Source: Candidatus Saccharimonadales bacterium
Lineage (GTDB): Bacteria > Patescibacteriota > Saccharimonadia > Saccharimonadales > UBA10212
Length of the DNA: 64,000 bases
NCBI GenBank assembly: GCA_035758565.1
Contig: DASTXL010000001.1
Location: forward strand, 203,242-267,241
Reading direction: 5' to 3'
The notes below the pieces were generated by a model. It had not been told where the DNA came from, made no database searches, and worked only from the letters and a program-made list of their open reading frames with translations. This document shows positions 42,610 to 50,262 of this stretch, piece by piece; positions within the stretch are counted from its first letter, which is position 1; the number at the start of each line of letters is the position of its first letter. The translations under genes and the position numbers were made by a program.

Positions 42610-43374
42610 ATGTACAAGTCATTTACAGCAGATGATTATCGCAAACACTTAAAGCTGCCGGCCGATTATGTTGTTGATGGTTTTTTAATTTACGGCACGT
42701 TTAGAAAGTTCCCATACGAACAGTTGGAGGATTCACTCAAAAAACAAAGGATAGAATATCAAACCGCAAAAATTGGCGACGAATATTTTGACCCAGTGCT
42801 TACGTTTAGGGTAGGCAATAATAATTATTGGTTCACTATTGCTTACGGCGGAACAATGCTAAGCGAATATCTACATTTAGCCTGCACGTTTGGCAGCAAG
42901 AAGAACCTTTTGATAGGTAGTTGCGGCGGGCTCAAAAAAGGCGCGTCGAGTTTGGACATCATAGTTCCGGACTGGAGCTATGGCGACGAAAGTTCCGCGA
43001 GGTCCTATCAGAACGAAAAAGATGGTAAGCAGTATTCGGACACTTCGATTTCTGATAGGTTGGCAGATAAACTAGCCGATAAATACAAGGTGCACCGTGG
43101 TCCAACCGTCACTCATCAAGCAATGCTTGGTGAAACCTGGGAAGACATTGAGCGCTGGGCACAACAGGGCTATATTGGCGTAGAGATGGAAGCATCTACT
43201 GTTTTTGCGGTATCGAATCATTTTAAAGTACCCTCGGCTGCCATTCTTCACATTGGCGATAACCTTATAGAAGAAGAAACGGTTATGGACATAAATTACG
43301 AAACCAACCGCGATTTACACAGGCAAGTTTCTCAAGACATCTTCGATGCAGCCGTTGAAGAATTACTTAAATAG
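42610..43374 (+). CDS. Nucleoside phosphorylase-superfamily (PNP_UDP_1-like) protein
   Basis: GSCGGL and GVEMEAS motifs. Confidence 0.5.
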   Translation: MYKSFTADDYRKHLKLPADYVVDGFLIYGTFRKFPYEQLEDSLKKQRIEYQTAKIGDEYFDPVLTFRVGNNNYWFTIAYGGTMLSEYLHLACTFGSKKNLLIGSCGGLKKGASSLDIIVPDWSYGDESSARSYQNEKDGKQYSDTSISDRLADKLADKYKVHRGPTVTHQAMLGETWEDIERWAQQGYIGVEMEASTVFAVSNHFKVPSAAILHIGDNLIEEETVMDINYETNRDLHRQVSQDIFDAAVEELLK

Positions 43375-43388
43375 CTTTTAGACGCAAA

Positions 43389-43604
43389 CTCAAAAATCCA
43401 TGTTCTTTAGCAAAGAACCAAATGTTTTCAACCATTTGATTCGGCAAACGGTTGACCAAAGCCGACAGGCATTCGCTCCGGCAGGGCTGGTTCGTACGTT
43501 TTTAAAAAGGGAAGACTGCGAAACTCGCGGATTGGCGCTTCAAACAGTCCTCGCTTCAGGCTTTTCATAAACTTCTCACCAATCTCTGGTTCGCTCGAGC
43601 CTGG
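43389..43604 (+). repeat. Repeat family copy B
   Basis: Shares GTTCTTTagcAAAGAACCAAATG...AAAAGGGAAGACTGCGaAACTCG...CAAACAGTCCTCGCTTCAG...GGTTCGCTCGAGCCTGG with copy A. Confidence 0.8.
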
Positions 43605-43641
43605 ATTTGATTAACGTAAAATTAAAGTCCCTATATTTGCT

Positions 43642-44550
43642 ATGATGAATCTCATGAAAACGGACTATTCTCTTGAATGGTTTCAGGAGAGAGCATTTAA
43701 ATCACTTAAGAAAATCAAAGAAGGCCAGTGGGACTATTCAGATCCATCATTGATCTACGTGCCTGACGAGGAAGAAAAATACGAAACAGTTCAGCAGAGC
43801 GGAAGTCGATACCACGAACTTATCACGGAACCAGAAAAGAAGTATCTGGAACAAATTGCACCAATAGTAGCAAATGCGCTGCCAAATGATTTTGAATATA
43901 TCGATCTCGGTCCTGGCAATGCACATAAAGAACAATATATTTTTGACGCGCTCAAAGCCCTGGGAAAAAAATTTAAGTACATCCCTGTAGACATAGATAA
44001 AAAATATCTTGATCTTGCTGCTCGGCATGCAGAGCGACAAGGTATCGAGGTTTCAGATGCTCAGCTACTCTTCGAAGAATTACCGTACAGATTGCCAGCA
44101 AGTCATACCCCGCGCTTTGTTTCCATCGGAATGACGTTTACGAACTATGCGCCTGACACGATCTTGCCGCTGTTGAAGAAGATTGCCGGTCAATCCGGAT
44201 ACGTCTTGACTAATTCACAGATCAGGGAACGGCTAGATATGGCCGCGGTCACGGATGTTTATCAGGATGAGGTTTATGCGTTACTGGAGACAAAGATAAG
44301 GTTGCTAGGACTTCGTCCCTCAGATCTTGAAAAGCAATGGTGCGACGACGGCATCAGAGCCTGGTTTAAGATAAAGAATGTCAGCCAAGATCTCAGCAAG
44401 CTCGGCGTCAGAGCTGGTGATGAGTTCTTAGCCTATTATTTCTTTAGGCCGACTATAAAATCGCTTTCAGAAAGCTTCAGCCGACACTTCGACAGCTTCA
44501 AACTGCTCGATATTAACGCCGCCTTTGTGGCCGGCCTACTCTTTACCTAA
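43642..44550 (+). CDS. SAM-dependent methyltransferase (EgtD/Methyltransf_33-like)
   Basis: YIDLGPGNAHKEQYIFDAL resembles the SAM-binding motif I of EgtD-type enzymes. This is the only supporting motif. Confidence 0.35.
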   Translation: MMNLMKTDYSLEWFQERAFKSLKKIKEGQWDYSDPSLIYVPDEEEKYETVQQSGSRYHELITEPEKKYLEQIAPIVANALPNDFEYIDLGPGNAHKEQYIFDALKALGKKFKYIPVDIDKKYLDLAARHAERQGIEVSDAQLLFEELPYRLPASHTPRFVSIGMTFTNYAPDTILPLLKKIAGQSGYVLTNSQIRERLDMAAVTDVYQDEVYALLETKIRLLGLRPSDLEKQWCDDGIRAWFKIKNVSQDLSKLGVRAGDEFLAYYFFRPTIKSLSESFSRHFDSFKLLDINAAFVAGLLFT

Positions 44551-44554
44551 AACC

Positions 44555-44596
44555 GGGCGGGGCAAACCCAAAAAATCCTCTTATTGTTAATATAGT
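44555..44596 (+). promoter_or_regulatory. Island cassette repeat R6
   Basis: GGGCGGGGCAAACCCAAAAAATCCTCTTATTGTTAATATAGT, followed by a second TGTTATAAT. Confidence 0.5.
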
Positions 44597-44671
44597 CATA
44601 TTATGTTATAATTTACTTATCTTTGGAAGCAATTCCTCAGATTGTAATGTCATCCTATTCTAGGAGGCATC

Positions 44672-45133
44672 ATGGACGATCAGACGGTGAGCCCCGAGGC
44701 TCGCACCGCTGCCAAGTGGTGGGCAGACCAGCTGCGTGGGCCGGCGAGGATGGACAACGGATCGCTTGAGTACTCCATGGAGACCGGCGACCCGAACCAC
44801 TTCGACCAGGCCATCACGACGATGGGTCTCGCAGGGATACTCAACGAGCGCGAACGCTCCGGCCTCAGCGACGAGCAGATCTCCGTGTTCGAAGAAGCGC
44901 TCGCAAGGCGCGTCCAGGAGCGGCTGCAGCAGTCCGGTGAGTTCGGCGTCACGATCGACGTCGACTACCACCCGGACTACCTGCTCGTCGACAGCGCGGA
45001 CGAGGCCGGCATTCGTGTCGGCATGACGCTCTTCCCCTGGAAGACGACCATGTGGATCGAGACCGGAAGCGTCAGGGTGAGCTGCGGCTACCGCGGCCCG
45101 ACCGAGGACCTGTCGATCGCCACCGCGTCATAG
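44672..45133 (+). CDS. High-GC hypothetical protein (horizontally acquired, actinobacterial-type codon usage)
   Basis: 153-aa ORF with a TAGGAGG SD. Codon third positions are almost all G/C (GAC, GAG, CTC, ACG, ATC), unlike neighbouring genes. A GC-rich terminator hairpin follows (GGGCGGGAGC...GCTCCCGCCC). Confidence 0.65.
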   Translation: MDDQTVSPEARTAAKWWADQLRGPARMDNGSLEYSMETGDPNHFDQAITTMGLAGILNERERSGLSDEQISVFEEALARRVQERLQQSGEFGVTIDVDYHPDYLLVDSADEAGIRVGMTLFPWKTTMWIETGSVRVSCGYRGPTEDLSIATAS

Positions 45134-45254
45134 GAGAAACAGCCCTCATTGCCGTTTCCACGGGCGGGAGCCGTAGAGCTCCCGCCCCAGCGCCATGAAC
45201 GCTTCTGCATTTGCAGTCAAGCGCCTTGGCGCTTTTTTCGATTCTAAAATCATC

Positions 45255-45286
45255 GGGGCGGACCCAAAAAATCCTGGTCTGTATTC
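45255..45286 (+). promoter_or_regulatory. Island cassette repeat R7 (divergent 3' part)
   Basis: GGGGCGGACCCAAAAAATCCTGGTCTGTATTC. A GATATAAT box lies at 45301-45308. Confidence 0.5.
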
Positions 45287-45331
45287 TTCGCTAAAACGAA
45301 GATATAATTGCGGTAAGGATGGTCTAAGAGT

Positions 45332-46507
45332 ATGAGCCGAGAAAATAGAGTTTTTAAATTAACCTTTCTTGTCGTCGCCAAGGACTGGGACGAAGTAATT
45401 ACTGTCTTCAAAAAAGAATTAGGAATCACAAAAGTTAAAGAGGACATTGGTGACTACAAGATGGCGGGTCACTATATTGTTGGATTAGATTTATCTGATA
45501 GAGACCTAAGCGACGGTTTCTATGGAAAGATTCATGCAAGTTCAACAATAACTCTGTTAAGCGACAAGGCATCTGATGAGCGAGCACAAAAGATCCTGGA
45601 CCTCGCAAGACCAATTGAGCTAAAGCTTAGAGAGTTAATTATCTATGCTCACGAGCTAGTTGACGCGTACTTCGACATTATTCAACCTAAAAGTCCTGTG
45701 GCGAAGAGGTTTATGGGCTCTAAGCAATTAGTGGGCAAGGAAGTTTTAGATTCGGCCGTTTCATTTCTCGACCTAGGGGAAATTATAAAAGTTCTGGGAA
45801 GTGATGGGAATGAGGTCGACACAACCAGACCCACAGACGACATAGTTAAACTGCTAGAGGCAACTTCGAACTTTGAACAATTTAAGGAAAAATTGATTAA
45901 GAAGTTTAAGCGCCTAACGGTCTGGGATGTTATTGCGAAGACGGTTTTGCAACAACCGATTTCTTGGTTAAGTATCAAAGATGACTTAAACGAGCTAAAA
46001 AACATCCGTAATGTAGCCGCTCATTTTAGAATCGCAACGCCGGATAATCTTAAGAGAGCGACCGAATTGTCAGGAAGTTTACTACCCCAGCTATCGAGAA
46101 AGCCGGACCCGGACCGAAAAGCAATTGAGGAGATGGCTCAAACTTTTTCTGTGTGGGCTAAAGAATACGAGTTGTTCAAGGAAGTAAATAAAGCCGCACT
46201 TGATGCTATAAAGGTTAATAATAGTTTTCTTACGCAGGCCACTAAAGACATTTCAAACTCTTTCAGATCTGCAATCCCAGACATAAATTCTTCGATATCA
46301 AACTTTAATACAGTTTCAGGTTCGATATATCCAGATTCTTTATTGCGAAGTATGGCGTTTCCTGATATTTCGTCGATAAATCCAGGAGCGGGTTTGCATA
46401 AGGCTAGTCCTGATATCGGGAAATTCTTGGGCAGTGAATACGATAGCGACCAGGGTGACAGCGAAGATGAAGATAGCACTTCTATGGCGCCTGTTAAGAA
46501 AAAATAA
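45332..46507 (+). CDS. HEPN-domain protein (Rx4H; Swt1/Abi-like)
   Basis: LNELKNIRNVAAHFR contains the R-x4-H HEPN signature in the usual helical context. The C-terminus is low-complexity and acidic. Confidence 0.5.
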   Translation: MSRENRVFKLTFLVVAKDWDEVITVFKKELGITKVKEDIGDYKMAGHYIVGLDLSDRDLSDGFYGKIHASSTITLLSDKASDERAQKILDLARPIELKLRELIIYAHELVDAYFDIIQPKSPVAKRFMGSKQLVGKEVLDSAVSFLDLGEIIKVLGSDGNEVDTTRPTDDIVKLLEATSNFEQFKEKLIKKFKRLTVWDVIAKTVLQQPISWLSIKDDLNELKNIRNVAAHFRIATPDNLKRATELSGSLLPQLSRKPDPDRKAIEEMAQTFSVWAKEYELFKEVNKAALDAIKVNNSFLTQATKDISNSFRSAIPDINSSISNFNTVSGSIYPDSLLRSMAFPDISSINPGAGLHKASPDIGKFLGSEYDSDQGDSEDEDSTSMAPVKKK

Positions 46508-46514
46508 AGACATA

Positions 46515-47477
46515 ATGAAACTGCCAAACCGCGACAAAATCATCAACGAGCTTACTCGCCGCTATGAAGAAGTGCTTAGGAGATCTGAGAGCAGATTGAA
46601 GAATGACGAGGACGCACGTCAATTTATATCGCTGATCGCCCACTATATTAACTACATTAAGCAAGACGAACTCACAGAGGAAGCCATAACAAAATTATTT
46701 AAAAATAAAGAGGCACTCGCGAGTGATCAAGTTCTTATTGATGAGGCAGATAAAATCATAGTTCAGTTAAGAAAAGATCGTAATAAGGTTGTTAAATTTG
46801 CAGCCAAACAAGGTATTGATACTGGACCGTATCAATTTAATACTTCCAGCACGGCTCAACAGATTACGCTAGACAAGGAGGTCTCTTTTAACCTTAGCTT
46901 CTTGGACAATTTCCTCAAACTTCCCAGCGACCATCAAAGAGTCAGTGATTTACCAAATCAAATAGGTCATTTCCGCTCAATTATTTTTGCCACCACGCAA
47001 TTAGCGGGCGAGACAAGAGCACTCACAAAGTTAAAGTCTGACTATAGCGATATATCTAACGAGTTTGCAAAGAAGCTAAAGATGCAGGGCGTGTATTTAA
47101 ATTATCTACGGATTGAAGATTATCAAGCCCTAGAGGTTGTTTGGCGAGAGGTTTATCAAGAGAGCGATCATGATGAGCAATTTATATTTCACTTTATGTA
47201 CGGAGATTTGTTTGAAAAAAACCGAACTTTTTCTCCCGGTCAACAAAATGATGCAAATGAATTTGTATCAAAATATATGAGCCACCTACAACGCGTGCAT
47301 AACTACCTAATCGATGGACTTGAGAATGCGCCCTCTTCTGAAAAATTTGTTAAGTGGCTTGTAGAACATTTTGGCCCAACTTTAGCTTCAGTAATAATCA
47401 TCCTAGTAATATATGTAATTCTCCGTCATCTAGGTCTGAAGATAGACATAAACTCACTAAAGAATTGGGTCGGGTAA
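46515..47477 (+). CDS. Hypothetical protein with a C-terminal TM anchor
   Basis: The ATG at 46515 is 8 nt after the HEPN gene stop. The C-terminal helix is LASVIIILVIYVILRHLGL. Confidence 0.45.
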   Translation: MKLPNRDKIINELTRRYEEVLRRSESRLKNDEDARQFISLIAHYINYIKQDELTEEAITKLFKNKEALASDQVLIDEADKIIVQLRKDRNKVVKFAAKQGIDTGPYQFNTSSTAQQITLDKEVSFNLSFLDNFLKLPSDHQRVSDLPNQIGHFRSIIFATTQLAGETRALTKLKSDYSDISNEFAKKLKMQGVYLNYLRIEDYQALEVVWREVYQESDHDEQFIFHFMYGDLFEKNRTFSPGQQNDANEFVSKYMSHLQRVHNYLIDGLENAPSSEKFVKWLVEHFGPTLASVIIILVIYVILRHLGLKIDINSLKNWVG

Positions 47478-47504
47478 GTCGAACGTCGACTTGTTCCTGA
47501 TATT

Positions 47505-47732
47505 CCAGGCTCGAGAAAACAGAGAGAGTGAGGAGCGAGTTCAAAAGTCTGAACCGAGGACTGTTTGAGCGCCAAACGGCGAGTTCCGCAGGTTCACTTT
47601 TGGCGATTGTGCGAGCGACCATCTAGTTTTCGAATGCCTGCCGTTTCTTGGCTTCCGTTCTTTCGCGGCCAAAGAATGGAAGAAAACATTTGGTACTTTT
47701 CAAAAGTACATTCTTGCCAGAACAAAATGGAA
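47505..47732 (-). repeat. Repeat family copy C (inverted orientation)
   Basis: Its reverse complement aligns with copy A. On the plus strand the core 47506-47640 is closed by CAGGCTCGAGAAAAC...GTTTTCGAATGCCTG. Confidence 0.8.
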
Positions 47733-47761
47733 CAAAAAATAGTTAAGCGTACAATAAAGTT

Positions 47762-48025
47762 ATGGCCTACGAACCGGACGAGGAAGACCTTAAATGGATG
47801 AAAACTCGCAAAAGCGGGCATACGTACGCAGAGCGCGCTAAATGGCGTGAAGAATACGCCAAAACCCACCCCGCTAAAGAAATTGAGAGCCATGGCTGGC
47901 GAGACTTCTTTATAGGTTTAGCTATTATGATAATCATTATTTTGATAGCTTTTGCTCTGGGCGGTAACGACCCTACTACTGACGGAAATTGTAATCAAGC
48001 TAACTTTTCGGGTTTGGGCTGTTAA
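47762..48025 (+). CDS. Small membrane protein
   Basis: 87-aa ORF with one TM helix (FFIGLAIMIIIILIAFALGG). Confidence 0.4.
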   Translation: MAYEPDEEDLKWMKTRKSGHTYAERAKWREEYAKTHPAKEIESHGWRDFFIGLAIMIIIILIAFALGGNDPTTDGNCNQANFSGLGC

Positions 48026-48265
48026 TCTGTTACCGTGTCTTAATGGGAGATATGCCCGCTTAGACTGTTGCCTAACAGAGTTAATTTTGCTAATATATCC
48101 AGGAACTTGAGCCAAAGACAGCGACGGGGAAACCTTAATAAAGTCGCCTAGGAACAAGAAAGTCTTATAGATTTTTACGTTAGTCTTTTGGCCATAATAG
48201 GCCATTTTTTATAGCTCAAGACACCTTAACAAATTGGTCGATATTGTTAAACAAGGAGAAAACTC
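48026..48265 (+). promoter_or_regulatory. Long untranslated leader upstream of rplJ (candidate L10 autoregulatory leader)
   Basis: 240 nt without a credible ORF, ending in an AAGGAGAAAA SD. L10-leader regulation is known in many bacteria, but no structure was verified here. Confidence 0.25.
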
Positions 48266-48790
48266 ATGGCTTTATCCAGAGAGAAAAAAGAAGAAGCCGT
48301 TAGTGAAGTTACGCAACTCCTGAAAGATTCCAAATTGACGGTCGTAGCCAAATACCAGGGCACGAGCGTTAAGTCTATGCAGGAGCTTCGCCGCGCTTCG
48401 CGCGATAACGGCACCCGAGTCCTCGTCGTCAAGAACCGCTTATTCAAAAAAGCGGCCGCTGGTGACGAACGATTTAAAGACACTGATCTAAGCGAACTGA
48501 ACGGACAGCTGATGTACGCCTTCAACAATGAAGACGAAGTCGCACCCGCCCAGAGCCTGGCCAATTTTGCCAAAAATGAGCCGCAGATCGAATTTGTCGC
48601 CGCCTTGACCCCAGAAGGTAAACTTCTACCTGCCGAGGAGGTCAAAGTCTTGGCCAGCTTGCCAAGCAAGAACGAGCTTATCGCTCAGACTGTCGCAATG
48701 CTTCTATCGCCCGTTAACGACGTTACAAACGCGCTTTCCGGCAACCTGTACGCTCTATTAGACGGCGTGGAAGCAAAGGCTACAGCGTAA
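48266..48790 (+). CDS. rplJ: 50S ribosomal protein uL10
   Basis: MALSREKKEEAV start and LRRASRDNGTRVLVVKN motif, upstream of rplL. Confidence 0.9.
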   Translation: MALSREKKEEAVSEVTQLLKDSKLTVVAKYQGTSVKSMQELRRASRDNGTRVLVVKNRLFKKAAAGDERFKDTDLSELNGQLMYAFNNEDEVAPAQSLANFAKNEPQIEFVAALTPEGKLLPAEEVKVLASLPSKNELIAQTVAMLLSPVNDVTNALSGNLYALLDGVEAKATA

Positions 48791-48816
48791 ATATTAATTA
48801 GGAAGGAATTGAAATC

Positions 48817-49200
48817 ATGGCAGATTTAAAGAATTTAGCTAAAGAACTCACAGGCTTAACTGTCCTGGAAGTCAACGAACTTAAGACCATCCTTAAGGAT
48901 GAATACGGCATCGAGCCGGCCGCCGCAGCTGTAGCTGTTGCCGGCCCAGCCGCTGGTGGCGCTGAAGGCGGAGCCGCCACGGAAGAGAAGAGCGAATACG
49001 ACGTCATGCTAAAAGACGCCGGTGCTCAGAAGGTTGCAGTCATCAAGGCTGTTAAAGATATCACCGGCCTAGGCCTGGGCGAGGCTAAGGCTATCGTAGA
49101 CGGCGCTCCTAAGGCTGTTGTCGAGAAAGTTAGCAAAGAAGACGCTGAAAACGCCAAGAAGGCTTTAGAAGAAGCTGGCGCTACAGTCGAACTCGCCTAA
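48817..49200 (+). CDS. rplL: 50S ribosomal protein bL12
   Basis: Ala-rich hinge, and the C-terminal domain [27 protein letters not shown]...[10 protein letters not shown]. Confidence 0.95.
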   Translation: MADLKNLAKELTGLTVLEVNELKTILKDEYGIEPAAAAVAVAGPAAGGAEGGAATEEKSEYDVMLKDAGAQKVAVIKAVKDITGLGLGEAKAIVDGAPKAVVEKVSKEDAENAKKALEEAGATVELA

Positions 49201-49416
49201 CAATAACGCAACGCCTAGCCCTGCCAACTGGCTTTAGCCAGCCGCACCGGCTAGGCTTCTGGCGTATTACGGCGTCAGAAGCTTACGGTACTCCTTAGCA
49301 GTATTTCGATACAGCTAGAGTCCGTTCCTCAGCTTCTTTCTTGTACTACGCTCAGATGCGTGAATTGTTTGATTCAAAGAGAAAAGGAAAAGTTTTAGAG
49401 AGACTTTTGCAAAGAA

Positions 49417-49441
49417 CTGCCCCGAAAAAGGGCAGTTTTTT
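49417..49441 (+). terminator. Rho-independent terminator downstream of rplL
   Basis: CTGCCC-cgaaaaa-GGGCAG followed by TTTTTT. Confidence 0.6.
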
Positions 49442-49462
49442 GTTGGGTTAAGTTAATAGTAA

Positions 49463-49552
49463 AGGGAAAGGTAGTAGCTCCGGTTCGGCTTTGGCCGAAT
49501 CCGGATTTACTCCGGAAGGAGCGTTGAAGGAAAACCGCAGGTTGTCCTTCAA
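49463..49552 (+). repeat. Structured repeat, copy 8 (three-way variant; orphan, outside any operon junction)
   Basis: AGGGAAAGGTAGTAGC box. CTCC...GGAG closes GGTTCGGC/GCCGAATC and CGGA/TCCG. Followed by hairpin TTGAAGGAaAACC-gca-GGTTgTCCTTCAA. It has no start codon, and stop codons occur in the frames used by the other copies. Confidence 0.75.
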
Positions 49553-49667
49553 ATTGGTTTATCCACAGAAAAACGCTATATTTTTGACACCATATATAAT
49601 AGTGTGTTAGGTTTGGGGTGAATATAGGGGATTAAATAAAAAACCTATAGGGAGATTTGGAAAACAA

Positions 49668-50180
49668 ATGACAGACATACCTGAAAAGCAGATAAAACGG
49701 CTTCGCAGCTTAATTGCAGAGGCTGAGACGGCTTTGGCCGCCACTAAAGAATTGTTAGTGAGCTTGGTTGGCGACGACCCAGTTTTAACCGAGAAACTTG
49801 TAGATAAGCAGCTGGGCAAAGTTATAGAAGGCGTCTTCGACGGCCAGAACATGGTCGGCAGCGACGGCAAAACTTACCCAGTACCGGCTAACTACGCCTC
49901 TAAATCTAAGTTGGTGCAGGGCGATATTCTTAAGCTGACAATCGCCGATGACGGCTCATTCCTTTATAAGCAAATCGGGCCAATTCCACGCAAGCAGGTA
50001 GTTGGCGTATTGCAGCAAAAAGACGGCCACTACTTTGTAGAAGTTGATGGCAAACAATACCGCGTACTGTTGGCCAGCGTAACCTACTTTAAGGCTAAGC
50101 CTGGCGACCAAGTCAGCGTGAATGTTCCAGAAGATTCTACCGTCGACGCCGAGTGGGCCGCCCTAGAAGCCGCCCTGTAA
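49668..50180 (+). CDS. Hypothetical protein
   Basis: 170-aa ORF following a GGGAGA sequence. No family recognised. Confidence 0.5.
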   Translation: MTDIPEKQIKRLRSLIAEAETALAATKELLVSLVGDDPVLTEKLVDKQLGKVIEGVFDGQNMVGSDGKTYPVPANYASKSKLVQGDILKLTIADDGSFLYKQIGPIPRKQVVGVLQQKDGHYFVEVDGKQYRVLLASVTYFKAKPGDQVSVNVPEDSTVDAEWAALEAAL

Positions 50181-50262
50181 GAAGAGTTTCTATTGTAAAA
50201 AGCACGCCGTACAGATGGCGTGCTTTTTGTTATTCTTTTAGAAGAAGAGAGGGCTAATAAAA

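Noticed and set aside
44660-45026. Three additional ORFs (44660-44971 -, 44680-44952 -, 44736-45026 +) overlapping the high-GC gene
   Set aside because: Long spurious ORFs in all frames are the expected artefact of high G+C. Only 44672-45133 has an SD, a terminator and strong third-position GC bias.
40231-45286. The seven island repeats as a CRISPR array or a classical integron
   Set aside because: The spacing is irregular (0.4-2 kb) and each interval holds complete genes, so this is not CRISPR. No intI integrase, attI or attC-type imperfect palindromes are visible, so it is not a classical integron. The repeats are kept as an unexplained cassette repeat.
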